DNA from: the human T2T-CHM13v2.0 reference genome, Homo sapiens
DNA: 64,000 nt
Direction: 5' to 3' (one strand)
Assembly (NCBI RefSeq): GCF_009914755.1
Contig: NC_060933.1
Made by a program: the position numbers and the translations under genes. The notes beneath the pieces were generated by a model, which worked only from the letters and a program-made list of their open reading frames with translations, did no database searches and was not told the DNA's origin. Within the stretch, counting starts at the first letter, position 1; each line of letters opens with the position of its first letter. This document shows, in pieces, positions 16,982-28,555 of this stretch.

Positions 16982-17260
16982 TGGGCACAGTGGCTCACAC
17001 CTGTAATCCCAGCACTTTGGGAGGCCAAGGCAGACGGATCACTTGAGCCCAGGAGTTTGAGATCAGCCTGGGCAATAAAAAAATACAAACATTAGTTGGG
17101 TGTGCTGGCGTGTGACTATAGTCCCAGCTACTTGAGAGGCTGAGGTGGGAGAATCGCCTGAGCCTGGGAAGTTGAGGCTGCAGTGAGCTGTAATCGTGCC
17201 ACTCACTCCAGTATGGGGGACAGGAGTGAGATCCTGTCTCAAAAAAAAAAAAAAAAAGAA
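16982..17260 (+). mobile_element. AluJ-like
   Basis: Diverged Alu with A tail. Confidence 0.87.
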
Positions 17261-18269
17261 ATAGAAAATACATCACCCCTACCACCACCATCAACCAACC
17301 TCACAAAGCCACAGGGTGTGTTGCCGTCAGCCAGCCAGCATGCGAGCTCTGTTGGAAAGTCACACGTCCCAGTTTATTTTCTAGGGCCAAGCCTGGCCTA
17401 CCCATTCCCCACAGGCCACCACTTCTGGGCTCTCCCAGCACAAGCTAAGCTAATCAGGGGAAGGCTTGACCACAGGCAAGTTAGACCTTGCTGACTGATC
17501 AGAAGAAACCACAGCTGTTTCAGATTTGACTTTTAAAGCTAATTTTTATGGGTCAGAAATGCTCTGGGGGCAAAGAGAGGATAGGGTCAAGTCATGGGGG
17601 TTAAGCCCTGGGGTAATCAGTCATGTTCTGAGATTGTCAGATTAGAGAGGACAGTCACCTGATCTCCTTCAAGGAAACTTAAGTTCCTTGTTGATCAGGG
17701 CCAATGTACCGCCAGTCTCTTCCTCCAAACAGAGCACACACAGCCCGGCAAATCCTTGAAGGGAAGGAATGCTTGGTGTTAGAATGAGAAGACATGACAG
17801 TTACAAGACTCACGTTTTGTGCAGCTGTCCCTTGGGATGTGCCAACTCTGTGCTCAGAATTTCTCTATAAAATAACTCAAGTGCTGCATTAACATCTCAT
17901 TTCTGGAACTCTGAGGCAGATGGGAGACAGAGAAACAGAAAAGCCAGCTCTAGGGCCTCTTCTAGGGACACCAAAGCAAAGGCTGAAAGCGGAGAAATTA
18001 CAGCAGAGGGATGCAAGAAGAGTAGCATTAAGTAAAGGGGAGGAGGAGACATGTAACATATATTCCAGTAAATATCCAAGCCTCATACTACTTATTTCCA
18101 TTGAAACCACGGAAAATAGAGGAAGCATATAGGTTTTGAACTCAAGACTGCACTGGTGTGATCCTTGCTCTATCACTTTGCAGCTGTGTGACATTAGGCA
18201 AGTCATCAACCTCTCTAAGCCTCAGTTTCTTTATCCGGAATATGGGGATAAGGTAGATGATGGCATCGA

Positions 18270-18908
18270 AGGCCCTAATTAATGGCTTGCCTGTATCCCT
18301 GCCCTTTGCCATGGGACACTGCAGCTCCTCCTCTCTCCTTGAATTGTGGCTGGCCTTATGATTTGCTTTAGTCAACAGAATGCAGCAGAAGGGTCACCAT
18401 GCCAGTTTCCAACCTCAAGAGACCTTATGCGCTCCTGCTTTTTCTTGGAACCCTGCTGCCGTCATATGAACATGTGCTGGAGGAGGAGAGACCACACGGA
18501 ACAGAGCTGAATTGTTGCAGCCCAAGGCCATCCTAAACCAGCCCACCAAACACGTAAGAAAGCCTAGCCAGGATCAGCAGGGCTGCATACCCACCCCACC
18601 CCCAGTGACTGCAAAGGCATGAGTGAGCCCAACTGAGACTAGAAAAATGACTCAGATATGCAGGCTCTTGGCTATAATAAAACCTTATCGTTTAAAGCAG
18701 GGGTTGGAAGCTAGAGCGCACAGGCCAGCTGCCTGTTTTTGTAAATAAAGTTTTATTGGGATACAGCTGTTCCCATTAATTTCCATATTGTCTATGGCTG
18801 CTTTCAAGCTACAGTGGCAGAGCTGAAGAGCTACAATAGAGACAGCATGGCCCACAATCAAACCACGGGCGGTTTTGGGGTGATTTGTTATGTAGCAACA
18901 GCTAATAC
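18270..18908 (+). mobile_element. MLT1-family (MaLR) LTR interrupted by MER58A (~18698-18856)
   Basis: gatttgctttagtcaacagaatgcagcagaag...ttttggggtgatttgttatgtagcaacagctaataca, with internal gcctgtttttgtaaataaagttttattgg. Confidence 0.7.
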
Positions 18909-20780
18909 AGTACTCAAGCCTCTCCCAGTGGGACAGTGAGGATTAAATGACCGATTAAGTGGTTACTATGAAGCCTGGGGAATGTATTTCCCTTCTGGGG
19001 AATCAACCAGGAAAAACTGGATTTGATACGCAGCATTTCTCTCACACTGCTTTCAGGGGATGGGACTTCAAAGGGGAAAGTGTCCCAAGCCAAACCACAG
19101 CTATCAAGTGCAACCCTGACCTTTGCCATTAGTGATATTTTAAGAACTGGAGAGTGTGGCTGTTCATCAAATGGGAATGACTGACAACTCATGTTTGACC
19201 CCGGCTTCAATCAAGCCCTACATCAATGATTTTATGTGAAACAGGACAAATGATAATTCACAACTCCGCAGCAAGGCACATGGGACTTTCTTCCCTTTGT
19301 GGGCTCCAACCTCCTTCTGCAGTCTCCCACCACACCTGCCCTGCTGCCCCCAGCCATCCTCTCCAGCCTCCAGGCCATGGCACAGGCTGCTTTATTCCTT
19401 CTGCATGAAAAGCCCTCTTCCCCACTCCCCTGCCTTGGGAATTCCCACTCAGCCTTCTACACTCAGCTCAAGAGTGGCCTTCTGCTGAAGGCCCTCTTTG
19501 GCTTCCCAGCCAAGTTCAGGCCCTCCCAACCCTGTGCACACACTTCTGGCATTCCTCGGGTTGTGATATTGTCTCTCTGGTTGTATCTGTCTCCCTGACT
19601 AGACCGGGAGAAGCTGGTATTCAACTGCAAACTGAGAAGCTTCCTTTTTGGAAAGTTAGCCACCACTTACTTCTCTCTGAATTCCCTCTGCCTAGCAGGC
19701 AGTTTAGAAACTGTTTGCTGGATGTTTTTTTTTTTTTTTTTTTAAAGTTAGACATGATATTATTTATTCTGTAACTATGGAAAAAGTGTTATTTAACTCA
19801 ACTCTGGATGCTGACAAAATATAAAGTGTTGGTACACATTAGTATGTATTTAAAACCTGGGAAAACTGATGTCATGATGCTCCTGACTTAGTTGTGGTGG
19901 AAACAACATTTATTTAATTATAATAAAAGAAACAAGACTTCAGCAGAAAATATAACTGGATGAGACCTGTTTGGCTGCACAAAAGGAGACCTACCAAAGT
20001 AACTGGCCTCTTTTGTCATCATTTTTTTTTTTTTTCATAAAGCACAACTTGAAGGAATACTGTGTCTACCTATTCCAGTTTCGTTTTCTCATCCCAGGAG
20101 CTCGGGACCTCACCGTCTCTCACCAGAACTACAACTGTCCCCTAACTTTGATCCTATTTTCCCCAGATTTTGGCAGCTGTTTATAGCCTGGATGCCCCTC
20201 CACCATGGCTCTGAGTACATCCCTTCCCTGGCTCAACAACCTTCAAGGTCTCCCCTGTGGGGTCCAACTTCAAGCCCCTACCTCTCTCACACTGTCATCT
20301 CTCATTCCCCAAACAAGGCCCAGCTGCATGAAAGTGCTGCTTTCCAAGAACAGGCCTCACATTGAGATTTTATACACATACACACACGTCTATGTTCACA
20401 CACATGTATACACTTACATATACACACCCTGACACATAAGCACTCCTGCAGCGTGCAGTCACCCTCTCCCCTGAGCTGAGATTCCACTTCCAACCCTAGA
20501 TCCAGCTCAAAGCCACCTTCTAGGTGATGAACTTCCCAAATTCTTCAAGATAAAAACACTGGGAAACAAAGGATGAAATTCCTGTCAATCTCCTCCAGGA
20601 GCTCAGGCCAGAGATCATGGACAAGTCTCCTGCATCCTTCACTACCTCCCCTCCTCACTCACACTTGTACCAAGACATCTCTGAGTACAAAGTAAATGCT
20701 GGAAAAAGTGGGCTATGTTAGGGGAGAAACCAGTAGAGTAAGGCTAGTTTCTCTTCCAAATAATTCTAAATGGAAAAGTT

Positions 20781-21030
20781 GGCAGGGTGCCGTGGTTCTC
20801 ACTTGTAATCCCAGCACTTTGGGAGGCCAAGGCAGGAGGATTGCTTGAGCCCAGGAGCCTGGGCAACACAGAGAGACCTCCTCTCTACAAATAAAAAAAA
20901 TTAGCCAGGCGTGACAGTACATGGCCCCAGTTACTCAGGAGGCTAAGGCGGGAGGATTGCTTGAGGCTGGGAGGTTGAGGCTGCAGTGAGCCATAACTGC
21001 ACTCCAGCCTAGGTGACAGAGTGAGACCTC
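20781..21030 (+). mobile_element. AluJ-like (internal deletions)
   Basis: Diverged Alu. Confidence 0.85.
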
Positions 21031-21330
21031 TAACAATAGATAAAGACTAAATGAGGTGCCAGAAGTGGTTTTCCTGGATCCATGAGTGAGGGGCAGAAGG
21101 AAGGCCGGATCTACAGTGTGCCTGGCCTCCCAAAAGCTGTCTGGCTGGAAATAATGTGAAAACAACTGCTTCCTGACTGCCTGATGGGGTGGAGGTGGAG
21201 GGGTGCTGGCCCAGGATCAGGAGGTAGCCACACACAGATGGCAGAAACAAGGGCATCCAGAGTCTCTGCATCCCAAGGCTGCCCTGACCAGAAGACCCAG
21301 AGGGACAGTTAAGGAGAAGCCACTGTTGCA

Positions 21331-21510
21331 TGAGTGGTTTTCAAACCATGGTCCCAGGACCCTCAGCCATTTCCCCTCAACCTGGGAAATGATGGAATGC
21401 AAACACTCAGGTCCCCCACCAGGCATGCTCAATCAGACGCTGCAGGATGGGCCCCAGCAATCTGTTGTAACCAGCCCTATAGGTGCACTAAAGTTTGAGG
21501 ATCGCTGCAC
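21331..21510. mobile_element. MER5A-like
   Basis: agtggttttcaaac...taaagtttgaggatcgctg termini. Confidence 0.65.
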
Positions 21511-23851
21511 TATAACGTCCTGCTGAGCCTCCCTGGCTGCCTCCTCCCTCCTGGGTAGAAAGAACATCTGGACAACTTCTCAAAAGATCAAAGGTCTCGC
21601 AGTCACAACCTAGTAGGTGAAAAGTAACCCAGAGAGATCTTCTAAAAAACCATATCTGATCACAACACTCTCGCAGCTAAATCCCTTCACAGGCCCCCTC
21701 TGTGCTTAGCCTACAAGGTCCTCCCTGACTCAGGCCCTGCCCAACTCTTAACCTCTCAATTTCAGCCACAAGGGACTTCACCTGCAGTTCCCTGAAGCAC
21801 AGGGTTCTTCTCCAGCCAACCATGGTGACCACCCCTCCCTCACAATAATGGCCCTGCCTCCAAGGTGCACTCCTCGATGCCACACCCCCCAACCTCTCCC
21901 TTGCCCTTCATCCCTCCTGTAACCCTGTAACACGAGGTCTCATCATAGCACTCATCACCATCACGCCACTATGGCCTCTGTCATAGCATTCGCTGCAGAG
22001 GGTCCCTGCTCCAGCACCCAGCAGGGGAGGACACAGAGAAGACCCGTAAGAAATATCTGGTGATGAAAAGAGTCAAGTCTTAAATATCTTGACATCCTGG
22101 CTATAAAACAAATCATTCCTTAGTGTTTGAAACAGTCTTAACTGTAACTGGGAAAAAATGTTTACTGAAGTTTTGAACCACTAGCAGTGGAAGAGAAAGG
22201 AGATCTGCCCACCTGGGGTGTGGCTGCAGGGTAACAAGGAGGATGCATAAAGTCCAGTGCAGTTAGCCGTGACCCTCTCGTGCCTTTTATATACAAGACC
22301 TCCAGGTTTCCCCAGTGCCTGCACCAAGCCAAGCTTCAGCCATGCATAAGACTGCACGGAGCCTATCTGGTGTTTCCCTCACTGACCAAACACAGGCCCA
22401 GGGTCCTGGTGGCTCCCAGGGAAATCTGCCCCCTCTCCCAAAGCAGCTCCTAGGTAGCCACCTGGCTCCCAGCTAGTCGTCATCTAGGTGTGGCATCCTA
22501 GGTGCTTTAGAAACCCAGAGTCCAAGCTTCCGAGGGGTGCCCCAAACTGCCTCCAGGGAGAGGTGGGATCTTCCACGGACTGCCCATGCAGATCAAACAG
22601 GGGAGGGGATATTCTGGGGACCTCGGGGAGGGGAGGCCAGGCAGAAAAACTAGAGGGACATTCCCTTCCTCCTCTCTCCTGGCAAACAAAAAAGATCCCT
22701 TTCCAAGCACCAGATGGCAGGTAAGAGCCTGTCTCCCTCCTGTCTGGACATCCAGTCCTAAAAGGAACTCAGACTCTTAATCAGTCTCCCCCAGCCCAGG
22801 CCTGGGCAAAGGTTTACCTTTGGGGGAAGAAGGTGGGGAGAACAACAGCCACGCACCAGGGCGCTGAGAAGGAAGGAGCTCTCCCACCGGGCCTCAGATT
22901 TAATCAAAACACTGCCTTCCACCAGAAGACAGAACAAGTATTATTTTATGGGGGAAGGGAGGGCTTCACAGGAGTGTGAAGGGGGAGGAGGGGACCTAGT
23001 CTGGCTGTAATTAACTCGTCTGCTTCAAAGGGAGGAATCTAGGTGGCCTAATGCGTTAGGAAGGGGGCTGTCACAAAGTCCCCCCGTGTTCCTGGGACCT
23101 TATGGGGTAGGGGTGAGGTCAGGAAGGAAGCAGGTGAGGATAGGAGGGGTGGGGTCTCCTTCCAGCCGGGCCTGATAGGCTGACCCCCTCCCGCGCGCAG
23201 CGGGAGGAACTGACGGGTTCGATGAGGAGCGCTCTTGCAGGCAGCGCATTTCAACCGGAAAAGCACGCGTGGAGGTTCCCGGAGCAGCTCCGGTACCAGG
23301 CAGCCCGGATTTGGAAACCTAGAGCTGGGGGTGGGGCAGGGCAGGGCCGGGCAGGGCAGCCGCGAGAGATTTACATATACACGCTGGAGACAGCCGGTCC
23401 GGATCTGCCACCAAGAAAGCTGTGTAATATTGGGCGAGTCCCTTCCTTGCTCTGGACCTCAGTTTCCCACCTACAGCGTGAGCGGAGGGTGGAGGCTGGG
23501 ATAAGGGGTGTCAGGAGTCAAAGCTCTTCGAAGTCCTAGACAGCTCTGACTCTGACTTTACTCCTTGGCAGCCAGAAGGACTGACTGGGTCCGTCTTCCT
23601 GGGGCAAGGCTGGGCCGGGCGCTCTCGCTCAGAGGGGACGTTCTGGAAGCAGCGGCGAAAGAGGTGGGGTCAGGAGGCCGCCGGTCCCAGGAAAAGGGCG
23701 CGGGAGGAGGCAGAAGCGGGAAGCAGCACGCCAGCCCCGACCCAGGGTCCTAGGCCGAAGCTGAAGTAGAGACTCAACACCAGAGCGGCGGGTGCCTCGG
23801 TTTCCCCGTGCGCACCGTGGCTCTGGAACCTCGGGAAGAGGCCAAGGGGCA

Positions 23852-23860
23852 CCTTACCTT
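23852..23860 (-). other. SHB: 5' splice donor of SHB exon 1 (AAG|GTAAGG)
   Basis: Plus strand ccttacctt; consensus donor at a codon boundary. Confidence 0.9.
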
Positions 23861-24574
23861 GTCCTTCTTGCCGGCCCCGCTCTCCTCCGCGGCTGAGGCG
23901 GCGCACTTGTTGAGCAGTTTCTTGCCTCCGCAGGCCGTCGGGCTCCAGGTGCGGCCGCCCGCGCAGGCGCCCCCCAGGGGGTCCCCGGCCCCACCGCCCG
24001 CGGCGCTCTCCACTTTGATGAGGCGGTGCTTGGGGGAGATGTAGCGCACCTCGGCCGGCGTGGCGGGCCGCCGCTCGCTGCTGCTGCGGTAGAGATGCGG
24101 AGAGCCGGAGGACGAGGACGAGGACGCGGCGGCCCCCGCGCCCGAGGAGGCGCAGCAACAGCCCGCGGCGCCCGACGCGGACGAGGCCGAGAAGGCGCGC
24201 TGGACCCCGCCTGGCTCCCCGCTGCCGCCGCAGTAGTCCAGGCGGCACATGGCGCGCAGTTTGCGCAGCGACGAGCCAGGCCCGTTGTAGGGGTCCTCGA
24301 AGTCTCGCTCCTTCTGCGCGCGGTAGGCGCGGATGAGGTCGCTGGTGCTGCCGCTGTCGTCGGGCAGCGAGCCCGAAGAGGCTGAGAAGCAGGAGGCGGT
24401 GGCCGGACCGCAGGACGCCGAGGCGGCGGAGGAGGCCTGCGGCACGGCCTGGGGGGGCTGCGAAGGCCGCTCGCCTCGGCGCCGCTGCTCGCGGTAGTCT
24501 GGCCGCGGCGGCTGCGGGGGGCTCTTGGTCTTGCTGTTGCCCAAGCTGAAGTACTTGTTTAGCCACTTGGCCAT
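23858..24574 (-). CDS. SHB: SHB first coding exon (aa 1-239; Pro-rich/low-complexity N-terminal region)
   Basis: ORF MAKWLNKYFSLGNSKTKSPPQPPRPDY...DFEDPY...KKDK recognised as the human SHB N-terminus. Kozak ctcgccATGG at 24574. Donor AAG|GTAAGG at 23858/23857 gives exactly 717 nt (phase 0). The ORF-track extension to 23774 is read-through into the intron. Confidence 0.96.
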
Positions 24575-24587
24575 GGCGAGAGGCCGC

Positions 24588-24629
24588 CTAGGGCCGCGGC
24601 GCGGGAGCCCGGTCCGCCGCCGCGGCCAT
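24588..24629 (-). other. uORF2 in SHB leader (13 aa, MAAAADRAPAPRP)
   Basis: ATG 24629-24627 (cgaATGg), TAG 24590-24588, ending 13 nt before the SHB ATG. Translation not demonstrated. Confidence 0.6.
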
Positions 24630-24713
24630 TCGGGGGGCAGCGCTGCGGCGCAGGTCCCTCGGCGCCCCGGCCCCGGCGGGGGGCGTCCGGGGCGCCCGCT
24701 CCCGACGCCAAGT

Positions 24714-24833
24714 TCAAGTTCTTGCCGCCGCCGCCTCCTGCCGGCAGCTCTCTGGCTCCGGCGGCTGCAACACCTCCCTCCGCCTAGCGCCGCCCAAGCT
24801 AGGAATCTCGCGCCCCTCGTGGGCGCGTCTCAT
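24714..24833 (-). other. uORF1 in SHB leader (39 aa, MRRAHEGREIPSLGGARRREVLQPPEPESCRQEAAAART)
   Basis: ATG 24833-24831 (weak context cccATGa), TGA 24716-24714; out of frame with SHB. Translation not demonstrated. Confidence 0.6.
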
Positions 24834-25199
24834 GGGGTCCCGGCCCACGCCCGGGGGAGAGCGGAAGGTCCGAGCGCTCCACGCCGCGGACCCTTTGGCC
24901 GTACGCCCCTCGCCGTGGATCGCGCTCCTGCCCCGTCGGAGCCGCAGCCTCCGCCTTGGCCGGGATCCGCGGCTGCCGCGGGAACTTCTCGGCGTCCTCG
25001 GCTCCCTTCTTCCTTCCTGCGAGCGCTGGGGAGAGCTCGGCCCCGCAGCGGAGGAGAATGCGGCCGGGAGAGACAGCGAGCGACGGAGGAAGGCAGCCGG
25101 CGCCCGCCGGAGCCCGCGCGCCCGTGCCCGTCCCGGCGGCGCCTGTCGCTGCCACTGCCGCCGCCTCCCGAGCCGCCGCGTGTGTGACACTCAGGCCGC

Positions 25200-25360
25200 C
25201 AGAGCCCGCCCCGCGCCGCCGCCCCGCCCCCCCGGAGCCCGCTCGCGCGCCCCGCCCCCCGCCCGCTCCCGCAGACCCAGCACCGCCCATCCCCGCGAGC
25301 CTGGCCCCGGGCCGCGGCCCAAGCCCCGCCCCCCTCGCGCCCGGGGCCGGGGTGGGCGCA
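25200..25360 (-). promoter_or_regulatory. SHB: TATA-less core/proximal promoter with Sp1/KLF GC boxes
   Basis: Repeated ccccgccccc motifs near 25222, 25250 and 25324; no TATA box seen. Confidence 0.7.
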
Positions 25361-25998
25361 CCTCTCCGCTCCTGCACACGCCACCTCCCGCGGCTGCCCT
25401 GGCGCCAGCACCAGGGTCTTGCCCCAGGGCGCTGGGGTCCCGCCGCGCAGCCGGCTCCACCTAGCTTGCAGCTCGCCGCCGCCTCGGGCGAGAGGTTGCC
25501 TGGCGGAGCCTGCTACGCGCAGAGGCCAAACCTTTCCGCAGTCCCCCGGGACCCCGCGCGTTGTTCACTCCAGGGATCCCCCTGTCGGGGTTGAGGAGGG
25601 AGAGTGGATTAACACGGAACCTGTCTAGTTTACAGCGTGGCCCGTGTGGAGGAAATGCAGTGCCTAGTGCCCTTAGGGACAGAGTGGCTGTCCCTCTTTT
25701 CCTTAAAGGGACAGACTCCGGTTCAGCCCCGTGCGCCAGGTCTTCGGAGGAATCTTTATGCTAATGAGTGTATTAGCAGTCCAGATGACGGATGTGGTCG
25801 GGATAGGCGGTGGGAGCCGGGCCCAGCACCAATCCGAGAGCAAGGCTAGGGGAGGTCGGAATGTTTGCTTACCTTTTCACCTCTGAGGAAGTCGAGGCTT
25901 TAGCCCTGTTCGCTGCCAGCCGGCGGGGAGCAAGTTGTGGGAACATTTAATGCCTTATGTTGTAGGAGCTGGCAAGGATCCATTTAATACAGGACCTC

Positions 25999-26290
25999 GG
26001 CCGGGTGCGGTGTCTCACGCCTGTAATCCCAGCACTTTGGGAGGCCGAGGCGGGTGGATCACGAGGTCAGGAGTTTAATACCAGCCTGGCCAAGATGGTG
26101 AAACCCCGTCTCTACTAAAAATACAAAAATTAGCCGGGTGTGGTGGCGGGTACCTGTAATCCCAGCAGCTACTCGGAAGGCTGAGGCAGAGAATTGCTTG
26201 AACCTGGGAGGCAGAGGTTGCAGTGAGCCGAGATCACACCACTTCACTCCAGCCTGGGCGACAGAGGGAGATTCCGTCTCAAAAAATAAA
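25999..26290 (+). mobile_element. AluS
   Basis: TSD aatacaggacctc; followed by MIR core. Confidence 0.9.
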
Positions 26291-27250
26291 TACAGGACCT
26301 CATTTTACAGATGGAGAAACTGAGGCCCAGAGGAAAGTCACACAGGTGGACTTGGATGCCAGTTCCTAAGTCGGGTGGCACCATAATTATGTCTTTTCCA
26401 AGAGTCTCTTCTTTGCGATTTCAGATCATCCTTTGATTATTAACCAAAATTGAGGAAACAGTCCCAGGGAGTGGCCTGATTTGGTCAGTGTAACTTTTCC
26501 TGGGATCTGCACCCAGGGGAGGTGGCATGCTCCCTGTTGAGAGGGAAATGCTGCCTAAAGATGAAGTAGCTGCCACTAGGGCCTGGTGCTGCTTTGAATT
26601 TGCCTGGGCAACCCTCAAAATGTGACTTAACTCTAAGATGTGGGCACCTGAGAGCTGAGAAATTCTCTAAGAATGTTGATTTACTAAAACAATAGCCCAA
26701 ATCAATAATCTGCATTTGCTGTCTGTCTGTTATAGATGTGCTTTGGGGGAGTCTGTTTTTCCCATATCCTGTAGTAACAGTGGGAACTGTGAGGGCAGAC
26801 AGCAAGGCCAGGGGCTCTTTTGATCACATCATAGTTCTGGCCACGCTGGAAGTAGAGGTCAAACTCAGATTTCAATCTGAGACATTTGGACAGGGAAGGC
26901 CTGAGAGCTGTTACTGCTTCCTCTCTGTAACCCACCCAGACTCATGCCTGAGGCCACAGCACAGAAGTGATAGAAGCAGGACTTGAACTCGGTCTTATCC
27001 TGAAGCTGACCTCTGTCTGCTCAGCCATACACAGTGGTAAAGTGAAATTGACTTCAAATTTGTTATTCCAGAATCAAGCTATTTGCCCTTTCCCTCCTTG
27101 GTCAGACAAAACTGTCATCCTCTGTGGCCAGTTGAATTTTCCAAACCCACTATGTGACGTCTCACAGTCGCAGATACTATCACCAGCTACAGAGCATCTT
27201 CATTGCCTGAGATCTATTTACTTAGCATTTCACAGGAAATAATCTAAGGG

Positions 27251-27251
<1 letters not shown>

Positions 27252-27318
<67 letters not shown>
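27252..27318. repeat. Compound microsatellite (TG)~16(AG)~17
   Basis: Direct reading. Confidence 0.97.
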
Positions 27319-27320
<2 letters not shown>

Positions 27321-28555
27321 TGATGTGTCTGGGGCATGCAGAGAGGACCCAGAAGTTGACCTGGCTAGGATGTTTATTTTGAATATACCTAGACTTAAGT
27401 ATCTCCGTTACCCTTTAAATTGTTCCTCTGTCGCATTGGCACTTAATTATCTTGCACGTAAGGAGGCCCCAGTAGAAAACCTGAAAGGCAAGGACATCCT
27501 TGTTTTAAGCCCCACCTTTCATCCAACCACAAATCCTCCCCAGCTCCCTTCCTTCCCATTTCTACTTCTGGGCTCAGATCCTGGCAATAGGCCAGGCCAC
27601 CTGAGACAAGAAAGTCCTCACCAGAATCTGGAAGCTTGCTCCCTGCATGTGTCTTGCACATGGAAAGGTTATCTCTGCCTTTTCCAAAAGTTCAGGAAGA
27701 GAAGTTATATTTCATAACTTATTTTTTCCATGTCACTTTCATCAGGCCATAGAGTCGGATCCACTTTTCCATGTGATACCTCTGCTGGGGTATAATTTGC
27801 AAGCCAGAATTATTGTAATGCTATAGTATTATGCCAAGAACTTCCAGAGCACTTGTGTATCTGCTCAACCCTTAGACACTCTGTATATAATTAACCCTCC
27901 TCAACATCCCTGCAATCTGGTGTTATTCCCAGTTTACAGATGGGGTAGTTGGCCTAAGGTGGTATTTACCTCAAGCAGGCAAAAACCACATGGGTGTTTT
28001 CCTTTGGGAGCTTGTAGAGACGACCATCCAAGACTCAGAGTCCGAAATAATCATTCTGAAGGGAAATAGAAAAAGCTTCCTAAGGACTTTGCCAAACGGT
28101 TTAGGAAGACAAACACTTGTAGAAGTATTAGAGCATTATAGGAAGTAAGAGCTGGACAGACTCTCTTTTCAGAGATCCAGCCACTCCATTTTACAGAGGG
28201 CAAACTGGGACCAGTGAAGGGAAGAGATTAAATCAAGAGGCACAGCTAGGATTGGTCCCCAGTCTCTTGACATCACAAACTCATTATTATGTGATGCTGT
28301 AAACTGTGCCCATCATTTTTGGAATTTTTGCTTTTCATGTCCTCCTCCAGTCCCACCCTAGTTTTCTTATTAGAAGGGTTGAGTATGGCCCTGTTTCTGT
28401 TTCTGTTCTATCTCAGCTTCTCACCTTAGACCAAGAGCTCCTCAAGCTGCTAGGGGCATGGTGTCTCCTTTGCTGCACCTCCTTCCAGTATCTGGAGGAA
28501 GGCTGTGCCACTTGTACAGGTCCAGAAAAATAGTGCCACCACCAACCCAACAGAC

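Larger units (their letters stand above)
24575..25170 (-). other. SHB: SHB 5' UTR (GC-rich, about 0.6 kb; TSS approximate)
   Basis: Lies between the ATG and the GC-box cluster. The TSS position is inferred, not visible. Confidence 0.65.
23180..25620. promoter_or_regulatory. CpG island over SHB promoter/exon 1
   Basis: Very high GC and CpG density, in sharp contrast with the CpG-depleted flanks. Confidence 0.93.

Noticed and set aside
23774-23857. C-terminal 27 aa of the 266-aa ORF (VRCPLASS...PPLWC)
   Set aside because: Lies beyond a consensus splice donor; intronic read-through.
24525-25594. Several 150-220 aa ORFs on both strands over the promoter
   Set aside because: Low-complexity Arg/Pro/Gly/Ala products, expected from stop depletion in a CpG island; mostly non-ATG starts.
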